From contig JAIYAQ010000021.1 in assembly GCA_027488975.1 (NCBI GenBank), positions 12,455-76,454 of the forward strand: DNA of 64,000 bases, read 5' to 3'. The stretch is from Cyanobium sp. E1_MAG_00006 (lineage in GTDB: Bacteria > Cyanobacteriota > Cyanobacteriia > PCC-6307 > Cyanobiaceae). Each line of letters opens with the position of its first letter. Positions within the stretch are counted from its first letter, which is position 1. The notes below the pieces were generated by a model, which made no database searches, was not told the DNA's origin, and saw only the letters and a list, made by a program, of their open reading frames with translations. This document shows positions 55,090 to 64,000 of this stretch, in pieces. The position numbers were made by a program, and so were the translations under genes.

Positions 55090-55875
55090 CTACGGGCGCT
55101 GCAGCGGCCGGCCCACAGCCGCGCGGGCCAGCCGTTCCACCGCCTGCAGGCCGGCAGCCAGTTCGCTGTTGAGAGCCGCGGCAGCGGCACGGCCAGGCCC
55201 CTGCAGGCGCAGGGGTTCACCGAAACAGAGGGCCGCGCGGTCGCCGAAGCGTGGTCTGGCATGGCTGTAGGCAATGCCCACGGGCAGCACCGGCACCGCA
55301 ACCCCCTGGCCCTCGGCCAGAGCCGCCAGCCTGGCCAGTCCTGGCATCAGCCGCAGCTGGGCGTCGTCCTGATAGATGCGCCCCTCCGGGAACACCACCA
55401 GCTGCTGTCCCGCCTGCAGCAGCTCCACCGCAAAGCGCAGCGACGCTGCCGCCGGCTTGCGCGGGTTCACCGGAAAGCAGCCGAGCCGATGCAGAAACCA
55501 GCCCTGCAAGCCCACCATCTCGTCGCTGCTCACCATGAAGCGGCAGTCGCGGCCGGTCACACGGCGGCCTGCGGACCGAGGCAGCATCAGAGCATCCCAG
55601 CGGGAGCGGTGGGTGGGGGCCAGCAGCAGCGGCCCGGCCATCGGTAGATGCTCGGCTCCGAGCACACGCACTCCGCGGCGGAAGAAGCCGCTCAGAGCCA
55701 CGTCCTGCGTGAGCACCATCGCCAGCGGTGCCAGCCACGGATTGATGCCATTGCAGAGGCTGCGCTCCCGCGCGGAGATCACAGCCGGGCGCTGCCGAGA
55801 GCTCTCCAGCGCGGTGTCCGGAGAGCTTTCCGCCGCCTGCTGCACCGGTTCGTGCATGGTCGTGGGAGCGTTCAC
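55090..55875 (-). CDS. plsC: 1-acyl-sn-glycerol-3-phosphate acyltransferase
   Basis: PTHRSRWD (HxxxxD), VVFPEG, PV.I.Y. Confidence 0.85.
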   Translation of the reverse strand: MNAPTTMHEPVQQAAESSPDTALESSRQRPAVISARERSLCNGINPWLAPLAMVLTQDVALSGFFRRGVRVLGAEHLPMAGPLLLAPTHRSRWDALMLPRSAGRRVTGRDCRFMVSSDEMVGLQGWFLHRLGCFPVNPRKPAAASLRFAVELLQAGQQLVVFPEGRIYQDDAQLRLMPGLARLAALAEGQGVAVPVLPVGIAYSHARPRFGDRAALCFGEPLRLQGPGRAAAAALNSELAAGLQAVERLARAAVGRPLQRP

Positions 55876-56014
55876 CCGCGGGGCCTGGTCCTCAAAATCA
55901 AGCTAGAGCTGCCAATCCCCCCCAACAGCAGCGGGCGGGCAGTTGCGGGAGCGGGCCTCGGCCGCGGCAGTGGCGGTGCTCCATAGGATCCAGCCAGCAG
56001 CCCATCGCGATGCC

Positions 56015-56764
56015 ATGGCCAGCCTCGGCGTGAACATCGATCACATCGCCAACGTGCGCCAGGCCCGCCGCACCGTGGAACCCGATCCCGTCAGTTACGC
56101 CCTGCTGGCCGAACTGGGCGGTGCCGACGGCATCACCGTGCACCTGCGCGAAGACCGTCGCCACATCCAGGACCGCGATGTGGAACTGCTGCGCCAGACC
56201 GTGCGCAGCCGCCTCAACCTGGAGATGGCCGCAACGCCGGAGATGGAGGCGATCGCCCTGCGCCTCCGGCCCGACATGGTGACCCTGGTGCCGGAGAAGC
56301 GGCAGGAGGTGACCACCGAAGGCGGCTTGGACGTGGCCGGTCAGCTGAGCGGTCTCACCGGGCTGGTGGGCCGTCTGCAGGAGGCCGGCATCGGCGTCAG
56401 CCTGTTCGTGGACGCCGAGCGCAACCAGTTGGAGGCCTGCCGGGCGAGCGGCGCCCGCTGGGTGGAGCTGCACACCGGCACCTATGCCGAGGCCAGCTGG
56501 GTCGAGCAGCCGCTGGAGCTGGCGCGGCTCACCGAGGGCAGCTTCATCGCCCGCAGCCTCGGACTTCGCGTCAACGCCGGCCACGGCCTGACGTATCAGA
56601 ACGTGGAGCCGGTGGCGGCGATCGAGGGGATGGAGGAGCTGAACATCGGCCACACGATCGTGGCCCGCGCCCTGGCCGTGGGGCTGGAGGAAGCGGTGCG
56701 CCAGATGAAGGCGCTGGTTCAGAATCCCCGCCGGGACCCCCTGTTCGGCAGCACCAGTTCATGA
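56015..56764 (+). CDS. pdxJ: pyridoxine 5'-phosphate synthase
   Basis: [60 protein letters not shown]. Confidence 0.96.
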   Translation: MASLGVNIDHIANVRQARRTVEPDPVSYALLAELGGADGITVHLREDRRHIQDRDVELLRQTVRSRLNLEMAATPEMEAIALRLRPDMVTLVPEKRQEVTTEGGLDVAGQLSGLTGLVGRLQEAGIGVSLFVDAERNQLEACRASGARWVELHTGTYAEASWVEQPLELARLTEGSFIARSLGLRVNAGHGLTYQNVEPVAAIEGMEELNIGHTIVARALAVGLEEAVRQMKALVQNPRRDPLFGSTSS

Positions 56765-57081
56765 CCCAGTACCACTTCGTGGCCGCCAGTGAGGCCTTCC
56801 TCACCGTGGAGGAGCCCCTCGATGAGGTGCTGCGCGAGCGGGTGCGCAACTACGCCGAACAGGGCAAGGCGATCGATTTCTGGCTGGTGAAGCGTCCGGC
56901 CTTCCTTGAGGCGCCCGAGCTGGCCACCGTGGCCGCCACCGTGCCGCGGCCAGCTGCCGCTGTGGTCTCCACCGACGCCAAATTCATCGAATTCATGAAG
57001 CTGCGGCTGGAATTCGTTGCCAAGGGCAGCTTCGAAGCCCCCACCGCCACCATCCCTGACCCCCTGGCCGGCGCCGCCTGA
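56761..57081 (+). CDS. ycf54: Ycf54, MgPME cyclase accessory protein
   Basis: [21 protein letters not shown]......DFWLV..PAFL, VVSTD..FI.F.KLRL. Confidence 0.92.
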   Translation: MTQYHFVAASEAFLTVEEPLDEVLRERVRNYAEQGKAIDFWLVKRPAFLEAPELATVAATVPRPAAAVVSTDAKFIEFMKLRLEFVAKGSFEAPTATIPDPLAGAA

Positions 57082-57093
57082 GGCGGGCCCAGC

Positions 57094-57453
57094 TCAGAAC
57101 AGCCCGAGGAACTTGCGGCGGGGTGCGGCTTCACCTTCGGCGGTCGGAGCCTGTGGCCTGCCCTGGTCACCGTCCTGCTGGTAACGCGGCTTGGCGTCAC
57201 CAATGGTCAACACCGCTTCCTTGTTCTTCCACCACAGCCAGTCGCGGATCGGCGGAGTGCGGGTGAGCTCAGCGCGGGTGAGACCCAACCCCAACTTGGC
57301 GGAGGCACCGAGCAGCACCTCCACCATCTGATCGCCGTTCACACACTTGGCCAGGGCCTCGTTGGTGCGCTTGGCCCCATCAAGGGCCTTCACCAGAATC
57401 GCCACCCGCTGGCTCACCGAAAGCATGCGGGGATCCGTGGGCTGAGGGTCCAT
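57094..57453 (-). CDS. hypothetical protein
   Basis: MDPQPTD...LVKALDGA..TN.AL..C...P.RDW.WWK. Confidence 0.7.
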   Translation of the reverse strand: MDPQPTDPRMLSVSQRVAILVKALDGAKRTNEALAKCVNGDQMVEVLLGASAKLGLGLTRAELTRTPPIRDWLWWKNKEAVLTIGDAKPRYQQDGDQGRPQAPTAEGEAAPRRKFLGLF

Positions 57454-57585
57454 CGCCGCGCTGTTGGTTAGGGGCAAGTTATCAGCGTTAACCCTTGCCC
57501 CAGCGGCGCTCTGCCGCAGCGTTGTCGCGTCGGGGCTGACAGATCGGCGGCAGGCGGGCCAGACTGACTGCACTGAGACGTCCGC

Positions 57586-58284
57586 ATGACGCCCGTCAGC
57601 CGCCGACTGCACCACTGGGTGATCGGCGACGTTCATGGTTGCGCTGACTCCCTTGAGCAGTTGCTGGAGCGGCTCCCCGCCGGAGACCGACTGATCTTCT
57701 GCGGCGATGTGATCAACCGTGGTCCGGCCATCGCCTCAACGATGGAGCGCATCTGGGGGCTGGTGGAGCAGGGCAGGGCCGTCTGGCTACGGGGCAACCA
57801 CGAGCAGGACCTGATCACCGCCCTGCGGAGAGGGCACTGGCAGAACGAGCGCCAACTGGCGGGCTGCGACACCTTCCGCCATCTGGGTGAGCGGGCCTGT
57901 CGCCGCTGGCTCAGTCGTCTGGAGAGCCTGCCGCTGGCCTACTGGGGTGATGGCTGGGTGGCCACCCATGCCGGCTTCGATCCCGAAACCTGGCGGCCGG
58001 ACCTGCGGGTGCGGATGGCCTTCTGGCAGCACTACGACGGCCGCTTCGGTGAGGTGGTGATCGGCCACACCCCCGGCCCGCATATCCGCCACCTCCCTCA
58101 CATCGTGATGGTGGATACGGGCGCCTGCTACGGGGGGGATCTGAGTGCTTACTGCCCGGAAACGCGCGCCGTGATCGCCGTGCCCGGCCTGCGCGGCAGC
58201 GCCGCCACCCTCAGCCTCGCCCCCACAATCCCGGCAACGGTCCCTGTCACCGTCGAGGCCGCCGCCAGCCTGAGCCGCTGCTGA
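57586..58284 (+). CDS. metallophosphoesterase (ApaH/Ser-Thr phosphatase-like)
   Basis: GDVHG, GDVINRG, GNHE, HAG, GHTP, DTG. Confidence 0.9.
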   Translation: MTPVSRRLHHWVIGDVHGCADSLEQLLERLPAGDRLIFCGDVINRGPAIASTMERIWGLVEQGRAVWLRGNHEQDLITALRRGHWQNERQLAGCDTFRHLGERACRRWLSRLESLPLAYWGDGWVATHAGFDPETWRPDLRVRMAFWQHYDGRFGEVVIGHTPGPHIRHLPHIVMVDTGACYGGDLSAYCPETRAVIAVPGLRGSAATLSLAPTIPATVPVTVEAAASLSRC

Positions 58285-58287
58285 GCC

Positions 58288-61200
58288 TTGCTCACCCTCT
58301 ACCGCAGCAACCGCGCTGAGCTGCTGGCCCAGGTGCTGGCCACCCGGCTGCAGCTGGAGCCTCCAGGCCCCCTCGCCCAGATCCAGGTGGTGGTGAACAC
58401 CTGGCCCACCAGCCGCTGGCTGGGGGAGCAGATCGCCCTGGCCGGCAGCCGCCCCGACGATCCGCCCGGAAGCGGCATCGCCGCCAACCTGCGCTTTCCG
58501 TTCCCCGCCAGCCGGCTGCGGCAGCTGGTGGATGCCGTGCTCGCACAGCCGGAGGACAGCCCCGGCAGCGGCGATGACCCCTGGCGCGCCCAGAACCTGG
58601 TGTGGCCGGTGCTGGAGCTGCTGCCTGCCCTGCTGAGCGACCCCAGCGCCGCACCGCTGCAGCACTGGCTCGAGCGCCGTGCCCCTGGCCGCGATCGCCT
58701 GGATGCCCCGCTCTGGCAGCTGGGCCGTGCCATCGCCGACGCCCTCGACGACTACGGCCTCTATCGCCCCGCGATGCTCGAGGCCTGGCTGGACGGCCGG
58801 GATCTCGATGGAGGCGGTCGTCCCCTGGCCGAAGCCCTGCGCTGGCAGCCACTGCTGCTGCGCCAGCTGGCGGAGCGGCTCGATCGCCAGCCCTTCGGCC
58901 TGCGGGCCCGCCGCGCCATCGCGCTGCTGCAACAGCTTCAACCGGACCAAGCGCCGATGGCCATCAGCGACGGCCAACCCCTGCGGCTGTTTGGCCTCAG
59001 CAGCCTGGCGCCGGTGCAGGTGGAGCTGCTGCAGGCGCTCTCGGCCCACCTGCCGGTGGAGCTCTACCTGCTCACCCCCTGCCGCGACCTCTGGCAACGC
59101 CACGACGCCGGCTCCGGCGAACCCCTCGGCAGCGACTGGCTGCTGGAGGTGCCCGGTCTGGAGGCCCGCTTCGGGCGACTGGGGGCCGAGTTCCAGCAGC
59201 TGCTCGAGGGCAGCGGCGACACCCAGCCCGGCAACTGGCAGGACTGGGATGCCTTCTTTCTGCCCGCCAGCGCCGCAACGGCGGGTGGCGGCGCCATGGG
59301 AACCACCAGCCGGCCAGCCACCCTGCTGGAGCAACTGCAGGAGCGTCTGGCCGCCGGCACCGTCGAGGCCGGTGCCACAGAAGCCGACAGCGCGCTGCAA
59401 CGGGCGCCGGACGACGCCTCCCTGGAGTTCCACGCCTGCCCCGGCCGGCTGCGCCAGCTGCAGATCGTGCGCGATCGGCTGCTGCAGCTCCTGGCCGCGG
59501 ACGAGAGCCTTGAGCCTCGCGACATCCTGGTGATGACGCCGCAGGTGGAGGCCTTCGCCCCACTGGTGGGAGCCGTGTTCGGTGACAGCGAAGCCACCGG
59601 GGTGAGCCTGCCCTGGCGTCTTACCGACCGCAGCCAGCAGAGCGAGGCGGGCCTCGGCCAGGGGCTGCTGGGCCTGCTGCAGCTCGGCGGCGAACGCCTC
59701 ACAGCCACCGCCCTGGAGACGCTGCTCGGCTGCGGCCCGCTGCTGCGCCATCAGGGCATCGATCCCGCTGAGGCTGGGGCGCTGACGGCCCTGCTGCAGC
59801 GCGCCGGCTTCCGCTGGGGCCTCGACGGGCGCGACCGCGGAGGCGACTCCAGCCACAGCCTCGGCTGGGCCATCGATCGGCTCGTTCTCGGGCTGGTGCT
59901 GCCCCAGGAGCCGGGGCTGGCACCGGGTGAAACCGCACCGCTGGCGATGAGCGGCAGCCTCGAGCAGCAGGGGCGCTGGCTGGGCCTGCTGCGGCAGCTG
60001 CAACGCAGCCTGCACTGGCTGGGTGAGGCCCGCAGCGTGGCCGACTGGGTGACGGGCCTGCGTCAGCAGCTGCTGGAGTTGTTCGGTGATGGTGGCGAGC
60101 TGGCCTGGGAGCTGCAGGCCATCCAGGCGGTGCTGGCCGACTGGAATGCCGTGGCCGGCGCCAGCCCGCTGCTGCTTGAGGCGCCGGTGGTGGCGGAGGT
60201 GCTGGGCGAGCGGCTGAGCGAGGGCAGCGGCCGCTTCGGCCACCGCTCTGGAGCTCTCACGATCAGCGCCCTCGAACCGATGCGGGCCATCCCCCACAGG
60301 GTGGTGGTGCTGATGGGGCTCGATGCCGGCGCCTTCCCCCGCCAGCGCCAGCGCCCCGGCTTCCACCTGCTCGAGCAGCAGCGCCGCCTCGGGGATCCCA
60401 GCAGCGGCGACCAGGACCGTTACGTGCTGCTGGAAAGCCTGCTCTCGGCTCGTCAACACCTGCTGATCAGCTGGAGCAATCGGGATGAACGCAACGGCGA
60501 TCGCCTCGAGGCCTCCACACCGGTGCGCCAGTGGCTGGACCTGTTGACACAGCAGCTCCGGGGCGAGCTGCCGCTGCGGGAGCACGCCGCCAGCCCGCTG
60601 GAGCGGCGCAACTTCCTGCCGCAGCCGCCCTGGCCGCCCGCCAGCTGCGACCGCCGGCTGCTCACGGCCCGCCGCCAGCTGGAGCGCAACCCCGAGGCGG
60701 CCGTACAGGGCCTGGCCTGGCGCGAACCCGCCAGCCCGGGGGACAGCCCCGTTCCCCTCCCACCCGAGGAGGCCTGGACGGATCTGCTGGCCTGGATCGA
60801 AGCCCCCCAGGCCAGCTGGCTGGAGGCCCTGGGGCTGCGGCCCCGGGAGTGGGACACACCAGTGCGCGACCTGGAGGATCTGCGCCTCGATGAGCGCCAG
60901 CGTTCCGCCCTGCTGCGCAGCCAGCTCGATGGCGACGGGCTCCCTGCCCCAGACGCCCTCCAGGACGCTCCGCCCGACTGGAGCCTGATCGAGCGGGGGC
61001 GCGGCAGTCTGCCGCCGCTGGCAGCCGGGCAACTGGAAGTCCGGCAGCTGGAACAGCGCTGGACCTCGCTGCAGCAGTGCCTGGACCTGCTGGGACCGCC
61101 ACAGCGCCGCACCAGCAGCTGGCAGGGGCTGGAGGCCACGCTGAGCTGGCGGGGCAACCAGCTGGTGCTCAGCCAAACCAGCCGGCCGCGCAGCCGCCAG

Positions 61201-61647
61201 CGGCTGCGGCTCTGGCTGGAGCTGCTGCTGGCCGCCGCCAGCGGCCAGAGCCCCGGTGGCGCCGCCCTGGTGGGCCGGGACGACGACACCCTGCGTGTGC
61301 TCGAGCGGTTCGATCCCCCCGCAGCCAACCAGGCCGCCGAGCTGCTTGCCCAGCTGCGCGGGTGGCGCGAGCAGCACCGCAGCACCTGCTGGCCCCTGCC
61401 GCCTGGAACCGGCTGGGCCTTCGCCGCCTTCGAGCAGTCCGGGCCAGGCCAAGGGAGTGGCTGGCGCAAGGCCCGCGACGCCTGGGAAGGGGGCTTCAAC
61501 GGCGGCGGCGAGCGGCGCGAGGCGGTGCAGGCCCTCTGCTTCGGATCGGATCTGCCCCTGGCGGAGCTGCTGACGCCGCAGTCCCAGCAGCTGGCCCTGG
61601 CGCTGCATACCCCGCTGCTGGAGCGGCGACAGGAGGTGAAGCGATGA
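58288..61647 (+). CDS. recC: exodeoxyribonuclease V gamma subunit
   Basis: LTLYRSNRAE.L, SRWL...IA, Y..YRP, LEFHAC, RDILVM.P, LEPMRAIPH, DRY.LLE.LLSAR. Confidence 0.93.
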   Translation: MLTLYRSNRAELLAQVLATRLQLEPPGPLAQIQVVVNTWPTSRWLGEQIALAGSRPDDPPGSGIAANLRFPFPASRLRQLVDAVLAQPEDSPGSGDDPWRAQNLVWPVLELLPALLSDPSAAPLQHWLERRAPGRDRLDAPLWQLGRAIADALDDYGLYRPAMLEAWLDGRDLDGGGRPLAEALRWQPLLLRQLAERLDRQPFGLRARRAIALLQQLQPDQAPMAISDGQPLRLFGLSSLAPVQVELLQALSAHLPVELYLLTPCRDLWQRHDAGSGEPLGSDWLLEVPGLEARFGRLGAEFQQLLEGSGDTQPGNWQDWDAFFLPASAATAGGGAMGTTSRPATLLEQLQERLAAGTVEAGATEADSALQRAPDDASLEFHACPGRLRQLQIVRDRLLQLLAADESLEPRDILVMTPQVEAFAPLVGAVFGDSEATGVSLPWRLTDRSQQSEAGLGQGLLGLLQLGGERLTATALETLLGCGPLLRHQGIDPAEAGALTALLQRAGFRWGLDGRDRGGDSSHSLGWAIDRLVLGLVLPQEPGLAPGETAPLAMSGSLEQQGRWLGLLRQLQRSLHWLGEARSVADWVTGLRQQLLELFGDGGELAWELQAIQAVLADWNAVAGASPLLLEAPVVAEVLGERLSEGSGRFGHRSGALTISALEPMRAIPHRVVVLMGLDAGAFPRQRQRPGFHLLEQQRRLGDPSSGDQDRYVLLESLLSARQHLLISWSNRDERNGDRLEASTPVRQWLDLLTQQLRGELPLREHAASPLERRNFLPQPPWPPASCDRRLLTARRQLERNPEAAVQGLAWREPASPGDSPVPLPPEEAWTDLLAWIEAPQASWLEALGLRPREWDTPVRDLEDLRLDERQRSALLRSQLDGDGLPAPDALQDAPPDWSLIERGRGSLPPLAAGQLEVRQLEQRWTSLQQCLDLLGPPQRRTSSWQGLEATLSWRGNQLVLSQTSRPRSRQRLRLWLELLLAAASGQSPGGAALVGRDDDTLRVLERFDPPAANQAAELLAQLRGWREQHRSTCWPLPPGTGWAFAAFEQSGPGQGSGWRKARDAWEGGFNGGGERREAVQALCFGSDLPLAELLTPQSQQLALALHTPLLERRQEVKR

Positions 61648-64000
61648 CCCTGCCACGCTTCGACGCCAACGCCCTTCCCCTCAGCCCGGGCATCCGCCTG
61701 CTGGAGGCCAGCGCCGGAACGGGCAAGACCTTCGCCCTGGCCCATCTCGTGCTGCGGCTGCTGAGCGAAGGGCCGCGGCCCCTGGCGATCGAGCAGCTGC
61801 TGGTGGTGACCTTCACCGATGCCGCCGCCGCCGAGCTGCGGGACCGGATCGCACGCCGCCTCCAGGAGGCCCTCAACCTGCTGGAGTGTGCCGCCGCCGC
61901 CGCCACGGAACCGACCCGGCAGCCGGACCAGCCTCTGGCGGACTGGTTGACGGCCCAGGGCACCGTCCCGTCCGCGACCCTGCGCGGGCGACTGCTCCTG
62001 GCCCTCGAGCAACTGGAGCGGGCCGACATCACCACCATCCACGGCTTCTGCCGCCGCACCCTGCAGCGCCAGGCCCTCGAGGCCGGGCTGGGCCCCGCCG
62101 TGGGGCTGGAGAACAGGGCAGCCGAACGGCGCGAGCAGATCGTGCAGGACTACTGGCAACAGCAGGTGCTGCCGCTGCCCCTCGGCCAGCTGGCGGGCCT
62201 GCTCAAGCGGCAGATCGACCAGGAACGGCTGGCCCGGCTGCTGCGGGATCTGGACGGCGACCCCGCCCTGGAGCTCGACCCCCTGCCGCCAGGCATCAGG
62301 GCCGAGCACGCGCTGGCCCCCCAGCTGCAGGAGCTCTGGCAGGCGAACTGGCAGCGCTTCACGCAGCTCTGGGCGGCCGACAGCGCGGCTCTGGAGGAGA
62401 GCTTCGCTGCCCTGGCCCGCAGCGCCAAGGCGGATGGGCTCGACTACAAGCCCTACCGGCTCAAGGCCAAAGCCGACAAGCTCGAACGGGTTCAGGCCTG
62501 GCTCGACGGTCTCGACGGAACGCCCAGCTACGAGGCGCTGCTGACCCTGCCGGAGCTGCGCACCTACTTCCATCCGGGTCCCGCCGCAAAGGTCGTGGCG
62601 ACGCTTGACGGCGAAGGCCACCGGCTGCCGCAGGCCGCCCTGCTTGAAGCGGTGGCGGCCCTGGTGGATGGAACCGCCGAGCTGGTGCTGCTGCACTTCG
62701 GCCACTGGGGCCGGGCCGAGCTGGCCCGCCGGCGCGAGCGCAGCGGCGAGATGAGCTACGGCCAGCTGCTGGAGCAGCTGGACCCCGGCGAGAGCGGCGG
62801 CGCTCCGCCACGTCCCACTCCGCTGCTGGCGGCGGTGGCGTGCCGCTATCGGGCCGCCCTGATCGATGAATTCCAGGACACCGATCCGATCCAGTGGCGC
62901 ATCCTGCAGACCGCCTTCACCGGCGAGCCGGCGCGCCACCTGCTGGTGATGGTGGGCGATCCCAAGCAGGCGATCTATCGCTTCCGCGGTGGTGAGCTGG
63001 CCACCTACCGGCTGGCGGCGGATCAGGCGGATCAGCGCGAGGGCCTGATGGAGAACCGCCGCTCCAGCGAGGGGCTGATCGCCGGCCTCAACGCCCTGAT
63101 GGAGCCGGGTCTGGTGCGCTCGCAGCTGGAGGTGCCGCCCGTGCTCTGCCGGGCCCGCGGCGAACGGCTGCTGTTGCAGGAGGGGGAACAGCCGTTGCAG
63201 CTGCTGCCGATCGAGCCCGATCAGCTGGAGGCCCAGGTGGCCGCCCTCTGCCAGGGGCTGCTGGAGCGCGATCTGGAACTGGAGCAGGGCAAAGGCACGG
63301 CACAGCGCCGCCGGCTGACGCCCGGCGACATCTGCCTGCTGGTGAGCCGCCACAATCAGGCCGAGGCGGTGCGGGTGGCGCTGGAGCGGCGCGGCCTGCC
63401 CAGCCGGCTGGTGAGCAACGCCGACGTGTTTGCCAGCGAGGGAGCCCTGGCCCTGCAGCGGTTGCTCGATGCCCTGGCCGCTCCCGGTGATCCGGGCCGA
63501 CTGCGACTTCTGGCGGCGTCCAGCCTGCTGGGCTGGACGGCCTCCCAGCTCGCCGCCACCGAGCCACAGGACTGGGATGCGCTGGCGGACACCCTCAGCC
63601 GCCTGGCGGAGCTGCTGCCACGCCAGGGGATCACGGCCGTGCTGGGGCAGCTGCTCGGCGGCGGCTGCCTGGCCCGTCTGGCCCTGCGCGGCAGAGCCCT
63701 GGGGGATCTGCAGCAGGCGGCCGAGCTGGTGCAGGAGCAGATGCACCGCCAGGGGCTGCAGGCGGCGGCCGCGGCCGACTGGCTGCGCAACCTGCGCTTG
63801 CAGGAGGAGCGGCAGATCCCCGAGGAACACCTCTGCCGCAGTGATGCCGCCGAATCGGCGATCGCGGTGGTGACGGTGCACCGCAGCAAGGGCCTGGAAT
63901 TTCCCGTGGTGATCTGCCCCTACCTCTGGAAAGGACCGCCGGCACCGCGGGCCGGCAGCAAGGCAGCGGGCCGGCGCTGGCGGCCGCCGGGCAGCGACCG
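61644..64000 (+). CDS. recB: exodeoxyribonuclease V beta subunit (partial, runs off window)
   Basis: ATGA overlap with recC, AGGAGG RBS; LEASAGTGKT, VVTFT.AAA.EL, TIHGFC, LIDEFQDTD, VGDPKQAIY.FRG, VTVHRSKGLEF in frame at the window end. Confidence 0.93.
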   Translation, partial: MTLPRFDANALPLSPGIRLLEASAGTGKTFALAHLVLRLLSEGPRPLAIEQLLVVTFTDAAAAELRDRIARRLQEALNLLECAAAAATEPTRQPDQPLADWLTAQGTVPSATLRGRLLLALEQLERADITTIHGFCRRTLQRQALEAGLGPAVGLENRAAERREQIVQDYWQQQVLPLPLGQLAGLLKRQIDQERLARLLRDLDGDPALELDPLPPGIRAEHALAPQLQELWQANWQRFTQLWAADSAALEESFAALARSAKADGLDYKPYRLKAKADKLERVQAWLDGLDGTPSYEALLTLPELRTYFHPGPAAKVVATLDGEGHRLPQAALLEAVAALVDGTAELVLLHFGHWGRAELARRRERSGEMSYGQLLEQLDPGESGGAPPRPTPLLAAVACRYRAALIDEFQDTDPIQWRILQTAFTGEPARHLLVMVGDPKQAIYRFRGGELATYRLAADQADQREGLMENRRSSEGLIAGLNALMEPGLVRSQLEVPPVLCRARGERLLLQEGEQPLQLLPIEPDQLEAQVAALCQGLLERDLELEQGKGTAQRRRLTPGDICLLVSRHNQAEAVRVALERRGLPSRLVSNADVFASEGALALQRLLDALAAPGDPGRLRLLAASSLLGWTASQLAATEPQDWDALADTLSRLAELLPRQGITAVLGQLLGGGCLARLALRGRALGDLQQAAELVQEQMHRQGLQAAAAADWLRNLRLQEERQIPEEHLCRSDAAESAIAVVTVHRSKGLEFPVVICPYLWKGPPAPRAGSKAAGRRWRPPGSD

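Noticed and set aside
57787-63881. Very long antisense ORFs (1289 aa and 1142 aa) opposite recC/recB, and similar ones opposite glnN, sbcC and crtH
   Set aside because: Typical shadow ORFs of high-GC coding strands; no recognisable motifs.
1-64000. CRISPR array, integrase, transposase or prophage genes
   Set aside because: No 25-45 bp repeats with unique spacers and no recombinase, transposase or phage motifs were seen.
61644-64000. recB absent from the ORF track, suggesting a pseudogene
   Set aside because: The helicase motif VTVHRSKGLEF at about 63870 is in frame with the ATG at 61644; the gene simply has no stop inside the window.
1-64000. HIP1 (GCGATCGC) or GGCGCC over-representation
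   Set aside because: Both occur, and GATC is frequent, but enrichment needs a composition-corrected count that I could not run.

Overview
High-GC (roughly 65-70% by eye) picocyanobacterial chromosome segment, Cyanobium/freshwater Synechococcus-like (cyAbrB, RpaB-like regulator, psbY, hli, crtH, ycf54, glnN). Bases 1-44.3 kb look flexible/accessory. They contain: (i) a sulfate-acquisition island (cysW-cysT / cysA, two Sbp paralogs, Crp-type CysR, two Rrf2 regulators, a YafJ-type Ntn amidotransferase, an NblA-like gene with an NtcA-type promoter, and unannotated small ORFs); (ii) a PfkB/PRT/NDT nucleoside-salvage group behind a (GACCAT)n microsatellite; (iii) sbcDC; (iv) a signalling patch (CheB-CheR-PAS fusion, RHH, AraC, 2Fe-2S class III cyclase, MscS with a repeat-rich leader and terminator); and (v) glnN. 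After tRNA-Lys(UUU) at 44361-44432 the window is mostly core: gamma-CA, psbY, trmFO, crtH, grxD-bolA, plsC, pdxJ, ycf54, recC, and recB running off the end. No CRISPR array, integrase or transposase was seen. The best candidate for an undescribed system is the sulfur-starvation module: a CymR-like Rrf2 with a C-terminal MYFI tail, a Gly-Gly-terminated ThiS-like microprotein in the cysR operon, shared promoter motifs, and an adjacent NblA-like gene. All family assignments are from motif recognition by eye; no database search was run.
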